From Epiperipatus broadwayi (lineage: Eukaryota > Animalia > Onychophora): DNA of 64,000 bases. Each line of letters starts with the position of its first letter. Position 1 is the stretch's first letter. Location: positions 5,270,001-5,334,000 of the forward strand of contig JAQFVV010000004.1 of the NCBI GenBank assembly GCA_028023455.1. Reading direction: 5' to 3'. Positions 11,621 through 25,509 of the stretch are shown piece after piece. The notes below the pieces were generated by a model that saw only the letters and a list, made by a program, of their open reading frames with translations, was not told where the DNA came from and did not search any database. Made by a program: the position numbers and the translations under genes.

Positions 11621-13784
11621 ATATTAATAATTCTGGTATAAAGTGATGTACATATTATCGTGGGGAAAGGTTTATGAATTTCTATAAGATATTTTCATAA
11701 AGTGAGCTTGATTTAAAGCAAATTTTTAAAAACAAGCAATGTAAAACTTTTTTTTTGTACAAAATAAAATTTCTGCTTTACTTTTATGAACTTATTTAGT
11801 CATTATAAGGTTTTATTATATGATTTCCCAATGTAGATTAATGCCATAGTAGAGGGGTGAACGCTGGAACTCAAGATTCTTGAATCACCAGCCAGCTCTG
11901 TCACTTTGAGTAATTGAACTTTTTATAAACTCTCACACAGTAAATCACTTGGTTATTTTTTACTACATGAATGAACATATTTTTTAATAATAAAATTTAA
12001 ATTTTTAATGTGTAAATTTTAGAGTGAAAAATAATGACTTTTTATTGATTGTTCTTTTTTTATTGTTTGCTTACTAACCTTATATAAAATGTAAAAATGT
12101 ATATATGATCAGATAACAAATTTTAGTGCCAGCCTGAAGTTTTCCCACTAAATGGAACTTCACAAATGACCAAAGAAAAACTAATCAATAAATAATATAA
12201 TCCATAGCAGATAAATGTAATAAATCAGAACATGGAAACAATATATTTAACAATGAAATCAATACACAGATTAAATCTTGCTTCATTTATGGAAAAATGA
12301 AAATAATGCACAGATTACTCTTTTTTTAATGTAATTTATCATATTTATAATACATGAAAACTATTTATCAAAGAATTAAAATCTACAGAAATGATTTAAT
12401 AAATAAAAACATGGAAACATTATTCAACAACCAAACTAAAACATATGTTGAATGAAATTATTAACATTTTATTATATATATGTCTGTGTGACACATAAAA
12501 AATATAAAATAGTGATTTCCAAACTGAAATTTTGGCATCCTGTTAATATTTTAATAGGGTTTTTTTTTTTACAGATCTATTATTAGATTTAATAATGAGA
12601 TGTAAATAACTGATTCACTGGGATCACTTACATAAATACTGTACATATATTTTCATTTTTTAAAAAAGTAATTTTATTTTTATAATGTAGATTCATTATC
12701 TTTTTTTTTTTTTTTAATGACATTATTGTATTTGTTTTTATAAATATTTTAACCAATGGTAAATAATCTCTTTTGTTTGATTTAATCAAAATATGTTCTA
12801 TTTCAATATGTTCCAGATTACTTAGATGTTGTCTAAGAGGAAATGATAGTTGGAGTATGAAATTCAATACTTAGACTAGAAATCATACAAAGCCCTTTTA
12901 TTTTATTTATTTTTTGGAATAATTAATGAATGAAACATTTTTTTTGTTAAAAAACAAAAAGATGTATCTTACCTTTTTGGCTTGCCTTTTTCATTATATA
13001 TATGCATTTGATTTATTTTTATTTTTTATAAAGAATTATTGATGTAACTATGATTAAATCCTCTGACAAATTAAAACAGCTTTATGCCTGAAACCAACTG
13101 GCTAAGTAACTAACTATAATTATATGGCAATTTTTTATAACAGTTCAGATATTCAGAGCTATATTATATACATGTATGATAAAAGTTTAAAAAATTGTAT
13201 TTAAAAAGATCCTTAATACATGGAGATAAAAGCATGTAGGATTTGTTTGTACAGTACTAATCACTATATTAATGAGCTCTAATTATATTTATAGATAGAT
13301 AATACTTTCTAGAAATTAAGTCCACAATCATCCCATGGAAAAGATAATTTAAGTCTGCACAATGGGAAAGTTTTTTTGTAATTAAGATAATAAATATTTT
13401 ATCCACAGGTAGCAATTTTATTATCATTGCTAATAGTTTATCATAGCCAACTATTAAGTATATCATGATCTAGATCTTTATTATGAACATTAATAATGAA
13501 TTTTGATGATTAGCTAGTAAAACTTGGACATTATTAAATTTTAATTAAATTTTGATAATAAGAATTGTGAAAAAATTTTAAGTTGATATTCATTTTAATG
13601 ATGTAATGAGCTTTATTATTTAATATTTAAAGTCCCAACACTATAGTTCATTTAAATTTATATTATAGCTTTAAATATTAAATTCATGTTAAATTAAATT
13701 GTGTAGAAATAGAAAGTATTAACAAATTATTACAACAATCATTCATCTATTGCTTTGATTTCTGGATATTAAAGTTAACTACTA

Positions 13785-14749
13785 CCGTATTTCCCCGAAA
13801 ATAAGCCCTAGCAAGATTTTTCAGGATGCTTATAATATAAGCTCTAGTTAAGATCATCAGCTAGATAGACTGCTTTTGTTTGCTCATTGAAACATATGAT
13901 GGAGGTATTAAATTATTAAGTAATGAATATACAAATAAACTATTATTGACATTAATGCTTTACATAAATGATAATATCAATTATATGATTCTTTTGTATT
14001 TTTCCATCAATCATTTTCGACAAACGTAATTCTATCTATATAGAGAAACAATTTAGCTACCATAAACCATTATATTGGACAATTTATAATTTCATTTATG
14101 TATTTTTAGATATTTATTTTATTTAATACTTAGATATAGAATGCTTCATTTAATTTTAGTTTCATCATGGTAGCTTTTAAATATTCAAGATAAAAGAAAA
14201 AATAGTTTGATTTCTTAAACATTTTTTCCTCCTAAAAGACTTCATTAAAATTACAAAAATGATTTTAATAATCCAAATTTAGCTTAAGTTAAATCATCAA
14301 TCTTTCTCCTAAAAAAGAATTTTTAAAAAGAATACCTAAGCAGAGCTGTTACAAGTAATTTTGAACTGTGCTTACATTTTTTTTGTTGTTTTTGTGTGAA
14401 CAAACCTTTCTTAACTGTAATCATTTTTGTTATCACCCCTGTCTTGCATTTCTTCAATTAACACTTGATTTAATGGTAAATTTAAACTGAATAATAGTCT
14501 GATTCTTAGATAAGTACAAAAAAAGAGCTATTCTAGCAAGTACAAGAGAGGAATTGCAGGGGGCTTCAGGAGTAAGATTCTTGCAGATTTCTGTAAAAAG
14601 AAGTATTTGAATAAATGTACATTTTTGTATTTGAATAAATGTCGATTTTGTACATGAAAAAATAAGATCTCCCCTGAAAATAAGTCCCTATAGTGTCTTT
14701 TGGAGCAAAAATTAATATAAGAGCTGGTCTTATTTTCAGGGAAACATAG
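13785..14749. mobile_element. Non-autonomous Tc1/mariner-pogo type DNA transposon (MITE)
   Basis: Left TIR ccgtatttccccgaaaataag (13785-13805) and right TIR cttattttcagggaaacatag (14729-14749) match at 17/21, with several mismatches CpG-type. TA lies on both sides, and a subterminal copy of gaaaataag is present near 14676. Confidence 0.8.
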
Positions 14750-17079
14750 TATTATTATATAGTAATAAAATTAATGAATGCTACTACCCAGTGTTTATTA
14801 ATTTGTTTTAAATCTTATATTTTGCCTTCTAAAATGAAAAGAGGATTATTTATTAGTAATTAAAATAATTAAATGTAAACATTAATAAGTAGATATTTGG
14901 TAATGCTCAATAACTATAAGTGAACTGTTTTTGAAACATTATTGCTTTGATAATTACATTGTATAACAGAGTTGATTCTGTCACATCCAACATAGACAAA
15001 GTATGCTTTTTTACATAACAAAAACTTTTCAGTAAATTGAAATCCATTGCTTAAATACGAAATAGCTTTTATATTATTTTTGCAATGGAAAGCTTTCAAA
15101 TAACCAGGTTCTCAATGATTATAACGAGTTTTCACCTAAATAATTTTGTTATAGAAATAATATATATTCACATTATTTGAATATTAGTTTAAGAGAGAGA
15201 TAATATGAAATATTATAGATAATAATAATAAAAGCAGCTTTAAAATATACAGTAAGTCTTTTAATTCACAATAATTGACAATGAAAAAAATATTATAATA
15301 ATGCAATAAGAAATTAAAACATTTCAAACAAAATTATATATAAAAGCAAAAATAATCCACGATGCTTGTAAATTATTAACACAGTTCTAATTTTACATTT
15401 TTTCATATAAGAAAACTAGATTTGAATTTTGTAAGATTTTGATAAAATGTCTTTTCTTTTTAAATGTATATATATATAATACTCTTATGTCATATGTATA
15501 TTTTTCAAGGCTTGAATTTTTCCATGTTCTTTTATTAATCTGAAATCTGTAAAATTCTTTATTCATCTATTTAATTTTCTAGTCTTCATCATCATAATTA
15601 GGTATAAGGACAATACAGTAGTTTTTTTTATTAATAAATTGTTTATCTCCTACCTTGTTTAGCATTTCACTATATCTAATTTTATCTTTTTATCTTATTT
15701 CTTCTATACTCTTTTTAAAAATTGTGTAAATGCTTTTTTCCCTTCCTTTTTTCTCAAATGAAACATTTTACTAACATATATCTAGCTTTATATAAAATAT
15801 TTATGTGTGTGTATGGGTGTGAACTTTTAAGAAATTATAAAGTTTTAGCAATCTTTTGGCATGTTATTTAAACTTGCAATCCTGCATTATGTTCTTGTAA
15901 ACTATGTTACTTGATTGACATTTAAAACTTGAGAAAATTGTCAAAGATAAAAGATTTTTTTTTAATAGTAAAGTATATGATTGGGGGGAGGATATTAGCC
16001 TAGAATAAATAATTTTTTTTTTTTTTTTAAATATGCTTAAAAGGAGTATCTTTAAGCAATTTCCTCATTCAAAGTTTTATCATTTTCTAAAAATTAATAC
16101 AGTATTTCTAATTTGTTTAATTTCATTGTGCATATATATATATTTCTGCCCAAAGACAGGATTTTTATGATTTTAATAATTATTTGTTGAAAATTTTACA
16201 TATGTATTTGAAATAGTAAAATATTAAATTATTAATGATATGTTTATATTTCGTTCCTTTCTTAATTAACAGATAATTATAATCTTTATAACATCTAGTA
16301 TTTTTTATTTACAAAAAAAAAAGTGAATACAAGAAAGATTTGCAATAATTTTTTTTTAAAAAAATTAATTTTAAAATGTAATATAACAATTTGAAAACTT
16401 TGAATATATATATGGTTTTACAGAAATTAGTGATATCTATATTTTTTCTAAGTCATCTTATAAAGAATTAGTAAAATGTTCAGGCACATTAAATTGGGAA
16501 TGCACTCAGTGTCTACAAACTGCTTTGATAACTTAAGATTATACAAAATGAGTTTGTTCTGGAGCAATTACATTAGAATAATATTGAAGGTAAATTTTTG
16601 AAAATTCAGATATTATATCTGCAGGAAATTTTTGTTGGAAGATTTAGAACTGTTAAGATATTGAAATAATATTTAACTATTGAAGAAAATTGACTGTGTG
16701 TAACAGTAACTCCTATCATGCTGAATCACATGAGCATCTGTTGATTATTAGAGTTTAAACTAGCTGGCACAATATGTATGGAAACTAGTTATGGGAATTT
16801 AATTGACATTGCAGTTTGATTATACATTAACTATCAATGCTTAGATTAATTTCAGCATGTGAATAAGTATTGTCTTGTGACATTTTGTCATTTAATGAAA
16901 GATTTCAAGAAAAAGGTGGTGTTCTTGCTGCTTTAAGAAAGATTTAGATAAAACTCAAATTCAATAGCCTAGAATTAATTTAAGGTAATCTGGATTTTTT
17001 TACTCCATAGTCTAACACTCCACCACTGCACCAAACCAGTTCAGGGCAAAATTATTATTAATTAGCTAGCTTGGAAAAC

Positions 17080-18300
17080 TCAACAAATAAATTAGTGAAA
17101 AAAGTTAATGAATATTATATTCAGAATCACATTTTTTTAATTTTATGATTATATCAAGTGGGAACATTTTAAAGATTACTAGTTCAAAAAATTGTAAACA
17201 AGATTGAGAAGTTAGTAAAAATAATAATATTAGAATTATCAGAGGAAAATTTTAAATCTAAAATTGATTATCACTGAAAACTGGAAATAGTAAATACCCC
17301 CCCCCCTCCTTTATATTAGCTAATATATATATTGAATCTAGAACTTTTATCCTAAATACTAAGAAAATACAGAATAAGTAAATCATTTAAAATGTAAAAG
17401 AAAGGAAGAGAATATATATATAATACTCTAGTGATCCCATAAGTAAAAGAGCTGAAAATTTTTTGAGGGTTTGTGGATAAAATAATTTTGTTTTGTTTTG
17501 TTTTGGTTTTTTTGTTATTGATGTTTAAAATTGAATAATTACAGTAAAAAAAGAAATTTAAATAAAATATATATATTAGGAAAATGGATCAAAGTTAAGA
17601 AAACAATTTATTAAAGATTTGGTTTAAATAAATTTATAAAAAATAAGAGGGTACATCTCACAAGGGATAATCTTAGATAATGCATAAATAAAGTGCAGCT
17701 ATCATGATTCACAAAAAAGTCAAATAGAAATAATATAAAAGATTAATTTATAGAGATATGTAACTTCAAAGACCAAGTGGGTGCAATAATTAATCTAAGA
17801 TATGAAATATAAATGTGATCTTTGCTTTATTGATTCATATGCTGGGTTGAATATTAAAATATTGTAAATGAGAATCCTAAATACTTATCATGGTGTGTAG
17901 ACTTTCAGTACTGTGATTCTGTACTATTTTGATGCATTGCTCACAAAAACTTTTCTGATTGATTAAAAAAAAAAATTACTCGAATAATCTATTATCTTTG
18001 TCTTAAAAAATATAAAACCAGTAATCTTGCTTAAAACATATTCCTCCTTTAAATAAAAAAAAAGGGGGTACTTCAGTCTGGAAAATATAATATTTATGCT
18101 AATTATAAGTCGTCAATTTATTTTTCACATGGCAAGTAAGGCTATTTGAAGATAACAAATGATGACTGAGACCAAATATTATATGAAATAATGATATCTA
18201 TTCATTATGAAATCTTTGATATTTCAATATAAATTGAGATTGTTGTTGCATTTTGAGTGATTCAAAAGTAGTATTTACCACCAGTGATTAAAAAAGAAAT
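17080..18300 (+). mobile_element. Heavily decayed RTE-like RT fragment
   Basis: CVDFQYCDSV near 17895-17925 (about FVDFKKAFDSV), preceded by FQRPSG (about GFRPGRG). Many stops. Confidence 0.4.
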
Positions 18301-19069
18301 TTAGTATATATTTTAGTTAAAATTCAAATTTTTGTGCTTAATTACTAATTTATTGTCTCCTTGTAGCTAAGTGTTTACAATCTTATTTAGCTAATTTTAT
18401 ATTGTCACCATTGCATGTAATTTAAAAGATTATAAACATTTATTGTAAATAATCATCTCATTCATAATTATGATCTTTTTCTAAATAGATATATGTTTTA
18501 TAAGCATATTAATAGTAAACTTCTTGGTGTATATTTATTATTTTGATGATAGTTTAAATATACTAAGAATGAAATGTAATTTCAACATACTATATCAAAA
18601 AATTAATAATCCCATTAAAATAGCTTTGTTATAATCTTAAAAATCAAACTAAACTAAATAGAAATAACTTTTTAATTCCAATTAATTCTTTTTTTTTTTT
18701 TTTGGAAGGAGATAATAGTAAAAAGAAAAAAATTATTCACAGGAAATGTTTTCATATCTTTGCACTTTAATGTTCTTAGAGACTTCATTTTTTTATTATA
18801 TAATTCTAAAATTTGTATTTAAACTAAATATGAAATGCTTGAATAAAATGTGTAAATGGTGTGGCAGGCAATGATAAATTGCCTTAAACCATGATTATTG
18901 GTCCTATTGTAGTATCCTGTTTCAATGGTCACAGTTTGTTTTTGTCAGAAAAAAATTCATTATTATATCAGTTTTAGATCTTTTTTAATGCACAAATAAA
19001 CAAAATGAATTTTTCTTTGCTTTTAACAGTGTTATGTATGTTTGTTTTCACTACATGTAAGTATTGATA

Positions 19070-21516
19070 TTAAGGCATTTGTTAACTAAAAGATCTTTTA
19101 AATCTTCTTGGAGACTTTAAATGAAACAATAATTCCATACATTCTTGTTATTGCAATTTTTATTATTATGTGCTTATTCATTTAATAAACAAACGTGAAT
19201 AGTCTGCTCAGGCATCAGCCAGCATGGTGAGTTTATTGGCTTTTCATCTCTGTTTAAAATCAAGAATCACGGTGGGTTTTTTTTCTAGTTGTATATCAGT
19301 TGAGTGTCCCTGAAGGCAGAATGAATGTATATGAATGATCTGACATTTAGTGTCCTGACAGACAAAACCTAATTATAGCTTTTATAAAGTTATTGATCAA
19401 GACAGGGCTCTTAGAGCTAAAGATGTAAAGTTCCAAGCATTCCTTGATTGCAAACCTAGATGTTTTCAACTGCAGATCATTTTCAAGTGAAGGAAAATTG
19501 CACTAATTGGAAAAAGAATTGTTAATATTAAATGAGATATTGTTGGATTTTAAGAAATTAGAAGAAAATATGAAGATGCATTTGATTTTAAATGTTGACA
19601 CGCACTTTACTATAAAAGACAAATATTGGATTGATATTCATTATAAATAGAAAGTCGAAGAACAACATTATAGAGATTGTTGATTTATCAGACAGAGTAG
19701 TAAGATTAGTTATTCAAATTAATGGAAGATATCAAATACAGATAATTTAGATTTATGCCCAACAATTCTCATTGTTGTGATAAAGGAATAGAGGATTTTT
19801 TTTATAAAATGATTTTGATCTAACTAAAACATCATTTTAATTATTGTCATGGAAGACTTGAATGCTAGAAGCAGTAAATGATTGAAAGATGAAAGTGCTG
19901 TAAGAAATTTGATTTTGGTGACAGAAATGAGAGTCATCACAAACATTTGAGAAAAAACAACAACTATATACCTAAGAAAAATAGCAATGAAAATGGAAGC
20001 ATCCAAATGGAGGTACAGCACAATTGGATTATATTTTGATTAACAGAAAATATGTTCATTAATATTTTAGGTCTCAGCAGATTCAACATAGGAACTGATC
20101 ATTGATTAGTGGGATATAAGATACATATTAATAATGCAAAACTCGAGAGATAAAAATTATTAAGAAAAAGTAGAACTATTACTAAAAGGAGAAATGACAT
20201 ATCATGAAATGTGTGAAAAAATTCTGTGAACAATTATATAGTAATAAAACAAGAAAAGAAAATATCTTCTACAGTTATTATATCACTTGAATTGCCCAGC
20301 ATTTTAAATGAAAAAATAAGATTTGCAATTAAATCTATGATGAACGAAAAAAATTCAGGAAATATGGAATTATTATTGATATTTTAAAAGAAACAGATGA
20401 AGAAATAGAAAAATTGTTAGCAAAGTTATATACCAAATGTCTAAGTGATAAAGATGTACCAAGTAATTAGAAGAATGTAGTAGTAATCTATTAGTTTTCT
20501 GTCACTTCTGTACAAAATCTTAACCAAGATAATTACAACTCGTCTATTGTGAAATTTAGTCTTTAAAAGTAGTTTTAGCATTATGGGATAATATCTATAT
20601 ACTGATAGAAGTTATAGAAAGGACCAAAGAATATGAATTGCCATTATGCTTTGGATTTGAGTATATAAGCATTGAATTATCAAGATATAGGCCTGGGATA
20701 TTGACATATTCTGAAGAATATTTATCAAAATGCAACAGTAGCGAGTAATATCGATAAAGGCATACGATAGAATGAATCCATATTTCCAAAACTTTTAAGC
20801 AGCTTTTCAAGAAGTATTTTGTGGATTAAAGTAAGAAATTAAGGGAATAAAAATAATATTTAAATTAACTAGATTTTGCAGGTGACTTGCAAGAGTTATC
20901 CAGAGAAAGTAAGAAATTAGGACTAAATATAAATGCTAAAAAGGCTAAAGTCGTATGTTTAATGGATTTTTTCAGAAAAAAATAATGTGTGAATTAGAAA
21001 AGTTAAAAATTATAAATATCTTGGTTTGATTATTAACACAGACAGAAACATAATGGATTAAATTAAACTTGGATGGAGTGCTTTTAATAGAAATAATATT
21101 AAAGGGAAATATGTCTATGTGTTTGAAAAGGAAGGTTTTTAATAGATGCATTTTGCCTGTTCGTATTTATGGATCTGAAACTTGGCCACCTAACAGAAGA
21201 CCATTACAGAGATTTAAAGACTATTCAATGAAGTATGGGGAAATGTGTGTTAGAAGTAGCAAGAAGAGATCAAAGGTAAAATTATGGAGAAAAGAATTAA
21301 GAAACTGAAATGGAATGGTGATGGACATATTGCTAGAAGAGATTCGATAATAGTTTAAATCTTAAACTGAATCCTAAGAGATTATAAAAGTCTAAAAAGA
21401 AATCATGTGAGATTAATAAGTGAAATCAGGAAATTTTCTGATGTATTGTGAAAAATAGTAGCTAGAAATTGCATTAAACTTGGAGAGATCTTTATCCTGC
21501 AATGGATCGATAGTAA
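19070..21516 (+). mobile_element. Decayed, internally deleted copy of the RTE family at 55.3-58.8 kb, including the 5' UTR
   Basis: Collinear matches: atggtgagtttattggctttt (5' UTR), tgcagatcattttcaagtgaagga (EN start), gttatataccaaatgtcta, and ORF 21069-21308 KGNMSMCLKRKVFNRCILPVRIYGSETW. The 3' end aacttggagagatctttatcctg matches 58793-58812. Confidence 0.9.
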
Positions 21517-22669
21517 AAACATTACAAAATTACAAGACTATTTTTTTATGAAGTTTTAATTAAAAAAAAAAAAAAAAAACAATTGTTTTTTTTTTAGTTG
21601 TAATATTTTTAAAGAATTTATTGATAAAATTGCATCCCCAATTATCTATTAAATATATGCCTCACATTCTTCTTCAATACTCATAAATATATTACAATTA
21701 AATAATGCCTAACACTCGCTATACTAGCAATTATCAATAAAATAGAAATTCATATAATACTACAACCATTTTATTCATAAATATATATATATTTAGATCA
21801 TCTAATCATAGTTTAAAACATTTTTCATTATTCCTGCATAAACATAATAGATTAGATTAAAACTTGTAATATATCTTCAGTAGCAAAAATATTTATTTTT
21901 CATTATACAGAATATGTTTTTATCATTGATGAAAGTAGTAAAATTGTATTAAATGATTATTAGTCTTTTCTAGTACAATATAGCTTACTTTGGTGACACG
22001 TAACTGCATTGCTTGATTCAGCAGTAGAGTGGAAACTGTGGCATATGATCAATGGATAACATATAGCTGTGTCACTTCAGGTGTTTGAACTTTTTATGAA
22101 TTCCTAAGGAACAAAGCTATTGGATTCTTTGTTGTTGTTTTTTATTTAATGTCATATTAAAATGTTTCGTGAAAATTGAGATTTTAAAGATATTTTAATC
22201 TTTAAGTCTGTCTTTGTTTGTGTGTGTGTGTGTGTTTTAACTGTGTATGTTTGTAGAATTGTTGGATTAAAATGTCAGATACATTAAATCTTTTTTTTTA
22301 TTGATTCCACTAAGTTCCTACAATTATTAGACTAAAATGACATTTTCTTTCTTTTATATACTATAAATTTTCTAAATTTAAGCTGGATTATAATGTACTG
22401 CAATTCTCTGTGCACATTATATTAATTATTGCTAGTATAAATAGCAAAATGAGATAGTTGTGTTTTTTATAAAATATTTTCCAAGAATATACTTATTAAT
22501 ACTTATCCTCTTCTTCAATAATTATAAATGTTTTTTTTTACTTTAGATCATTGAGAAACTTCTTCCTTTTCCCCTTAATAGTAATTTTTTTTAACATATC
22601 CCTCATAATTACTCTACCTATGAGAAAAAATATAACCTAACTTTTTTTTTAATAAGTACTTTTATATTT

Positions 22670-23200
22670 TAAAAATTGTCTCCATCAGGCAAAACTCAAA
22701 TCACCCTAACATCTTTTTCAAGCAGCCTTATCATTCATCTTCATTTACTCATAAATACTCTTTTCTTTAAATTTCTTCCCTTTTTTGTCTCTTAATCCTG
22801 GATAGTTCCCTCTAACATTTTTTTTTTTTACTAACATCTTAATTGAATTCTTTTTTCTCCCCTTTTTTTTTTCAATCAATATTACTTTCTCATTCACTCT
22901 TGTCAATATTTTTATAGTTATAATTTTTTCTTTTCAATTTATTCTGTCCATTTTTTTTTTTTTTGTCTAATGTACATTTCTAAAATCATCATTTTTTTTC
23001 TCTCTTCTATTCATCTAATATATATATCCCATGAAGCTAAACTCTATATGCAAACTAATATTTTTTTTAAAAATCAATTTTCATGGTCTCAAAAAAACAT
23101 TTTTCATATTTAAAAATTTTATTCTTTTTCACTGACTTCTTATTATCCGTATATTTTTTTAAATATTTGAAAAAACATATAGCTTGATGTTTTCATTGGA
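22670..23200 (-). mobile_element. Decayed RTE-like 3' fragment (different subfamily)
   Basis: Minus-strand RVNEKVILIEKKRGEKRIQL...MLEGTIQ resembles the RTE C-terminus (RV.EER..L..I.KRK..W.GH....LEG). Similar, weaker remnants lie at about 15500-15800, 31250-31500 (-) and 43900-45150 (+). Confidence 0.4.
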
Positions 23201-23509
23201 CAAATTTTAAAATATAATTTCATAAAAAGTAAATGTAAACCATGAACTCATGCATTTAAAAATATGGCAATGCTCTCATAAGTACTGAATGATGCATCAT
23301 AATTTTGTTTTGCAATTCAGTATATCTGATCAAATAAAATAACATAGAATATTCTGAGATTTTAGGTTAGGTATAGGCTCTCTACTCAAAGATAAACTGT
23401 TTTTTATTCACATTAAGTCACTTGATACTAAATTTGTCATAAGTAAACTTTTCCTTTAAGCAATTAGAATAATTTGTGAAGTTTTACCTATGTTAACTTT
23501 TGAAAACTA

Positions 23510-23770
23510 TTATGTGTATATTAAAAGTCTTATTAAATACTTATAAAGCATCTTTTTATTAAAAGTTAAATAGGTAGCCCAGTTCAATTAAAAGAGAAAT
23601 TAAGATTTTAGAATTTTTAATATAAGAAGTGAATTTTATTAATTATAAAATTTATCTTTAAGAAAATAGATTTGTGGGTGAAGAGGGTAACAGTTAATGC
23701 TAAAATAACAAATCAAAATTAATATCATACTTTCATTATCAACTTTTTTGTATTTTTCTAAATGGTTCCC
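23510..23770. repeat. Second copy of the unclassified repeat at 1980-2240
   Basis: Collinear shared blocks, listed under 1980-2240. Confidence 0.6.
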
Positions 23771-25509
23771 ACATTTCTTGCACTTGGCTATATATCCTTT
23801 TCTGCTTTCATTTCATTAAAAGACAGCCACACTAATTTTTCTTTCACTCACTTCACTGCATTAATTTAGCTCATTCATATGAAGTCTACAAGCAGCAGTG
23901 ATGCGGTATAATACCAGGAAATTTCCTTATAATTGGCTACGTGAATTCTCTTCTACTGTCAGATATAGCTTTGGAAAATGTAAAATAAATTCACATTTGC
24001 ATATCCCAGATCTTATAAGGATAGCTAATCTGTCAGTATTTAGAATCATCCTGACTGCTGACTTATATTGAAACTTATATATAAAAATAGAGGATCATCC
24101 TAGTTTAAGACTAAATCAAAACAATAAGTGTCAAATCAAAGTAGGCCACTAACTTAAATAACAATAATATGTCTTTAAAAAAGTGTTCTTTTAAAGCAAG
24201 TTGTTTTGGTTAAAATTAGATTAATTAAAAGTTATATCTGAATGACATTTCTTGAACTATAATAGTTTAATTATGGACAATTGCCAATGAACTATTAAAG
24301 TGTTTAAATTTAACAGTCGTTATTGTTGCAAGTGTTGGAAATAGCATTATTAGTAGAAAAAAATTAATAAACCAGTTTTGTTTTTTTGTTTTTTCAAAAA
24401 AACAAACCATTTGGTTTAAAACAGACAATCCCTTTTTATAATGTAGAAATGAATGACTTCAATTAGTGGTAGTGACAAATATTTATATTAGAATATTATT
24501 TGAATCTGAATGTAATTGTATATTATTTTGTATGAATTTTGAATCAAATTTAATTCTTAAGATATGTTTTATTAATCCATTATAACATAAATTATGTACA
24601 GAACTTGTCAACCAGTCTGCATCATTTAATATTTTTTTTTAGTTTTAAAATACTCATGCACACTTATATTCTTTACCTAAAGTCCAATTGCAATTATTAT
24701 AATCCAATATTTGTGCCTTGCTTGTTGTTATTGCCTGCTTAAGTTATATTTAATATTAACTTTAATTAATAATATTCTGAGAAAAGTATATTTATTTTAA
24801 AAAATATTATTCAAAAATAATTATTTATCTGAAGTTTAAAAATTGGCATAGCTTTTGTTAATAATGTAAACATACCAATAGAACAAATGTTTCAAAAATG
24901 CTGAACTAAATAAATTGATTTGAAAAATGTGGAATTCGAATTCTTCAAGAATCGTTACTTTATACAAACAGTAAAACTTTCCCAAAATAACCTGAAGCAG
25001 CATTATCATTGGAATTAGTTAATTAAAAGAAATAGTTGAAATGTCAAATTTAAAGAGTTTTTATTGACAGACATTACAGTTTTAAGTTTAAAATTAATTT
25101 AAGAATAAGTAGTTGTTAAGTTCTATAACTTGTTTTTGAATTAATAAATATAGATAAAATAATGTGTGTATATATATCATTATCATTTGTATTTTTATAT
25201 TTGTCAAAAGGATTCGACATTTCATTTCAAAGAGTTTCTCCAAGTCTTTCTATTTCTTGCTACATTTTTCAGTACTCATAACTGATCATATAAATCAACT
25301 TTTTAAAAATATATATATATTTTAATCTACATAGATTCTTCATTTATCTCCTATAATTCTCCTTCCTCAAAATATATGTCATTTCCAAATTCTTTTGAAT
25401 AATAAGAATTACTATACATGTATTAATTCTATGACTATTTGATTAAAAATTATAATTAATTACTTGATGCAAGAAATTATTTTTATTTTATTTATTTATA
25501 ACATGGCTA

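Noticed and set aside
21976-22103. Candidate 115-nt minus-strand exon whose donor gtaagctatattg is identical to that at 51299-51311
   Set aside because: All three frames are closed, there is no linking evidence, and a 13-mer match anchored on the splice consensus can occur by chance.
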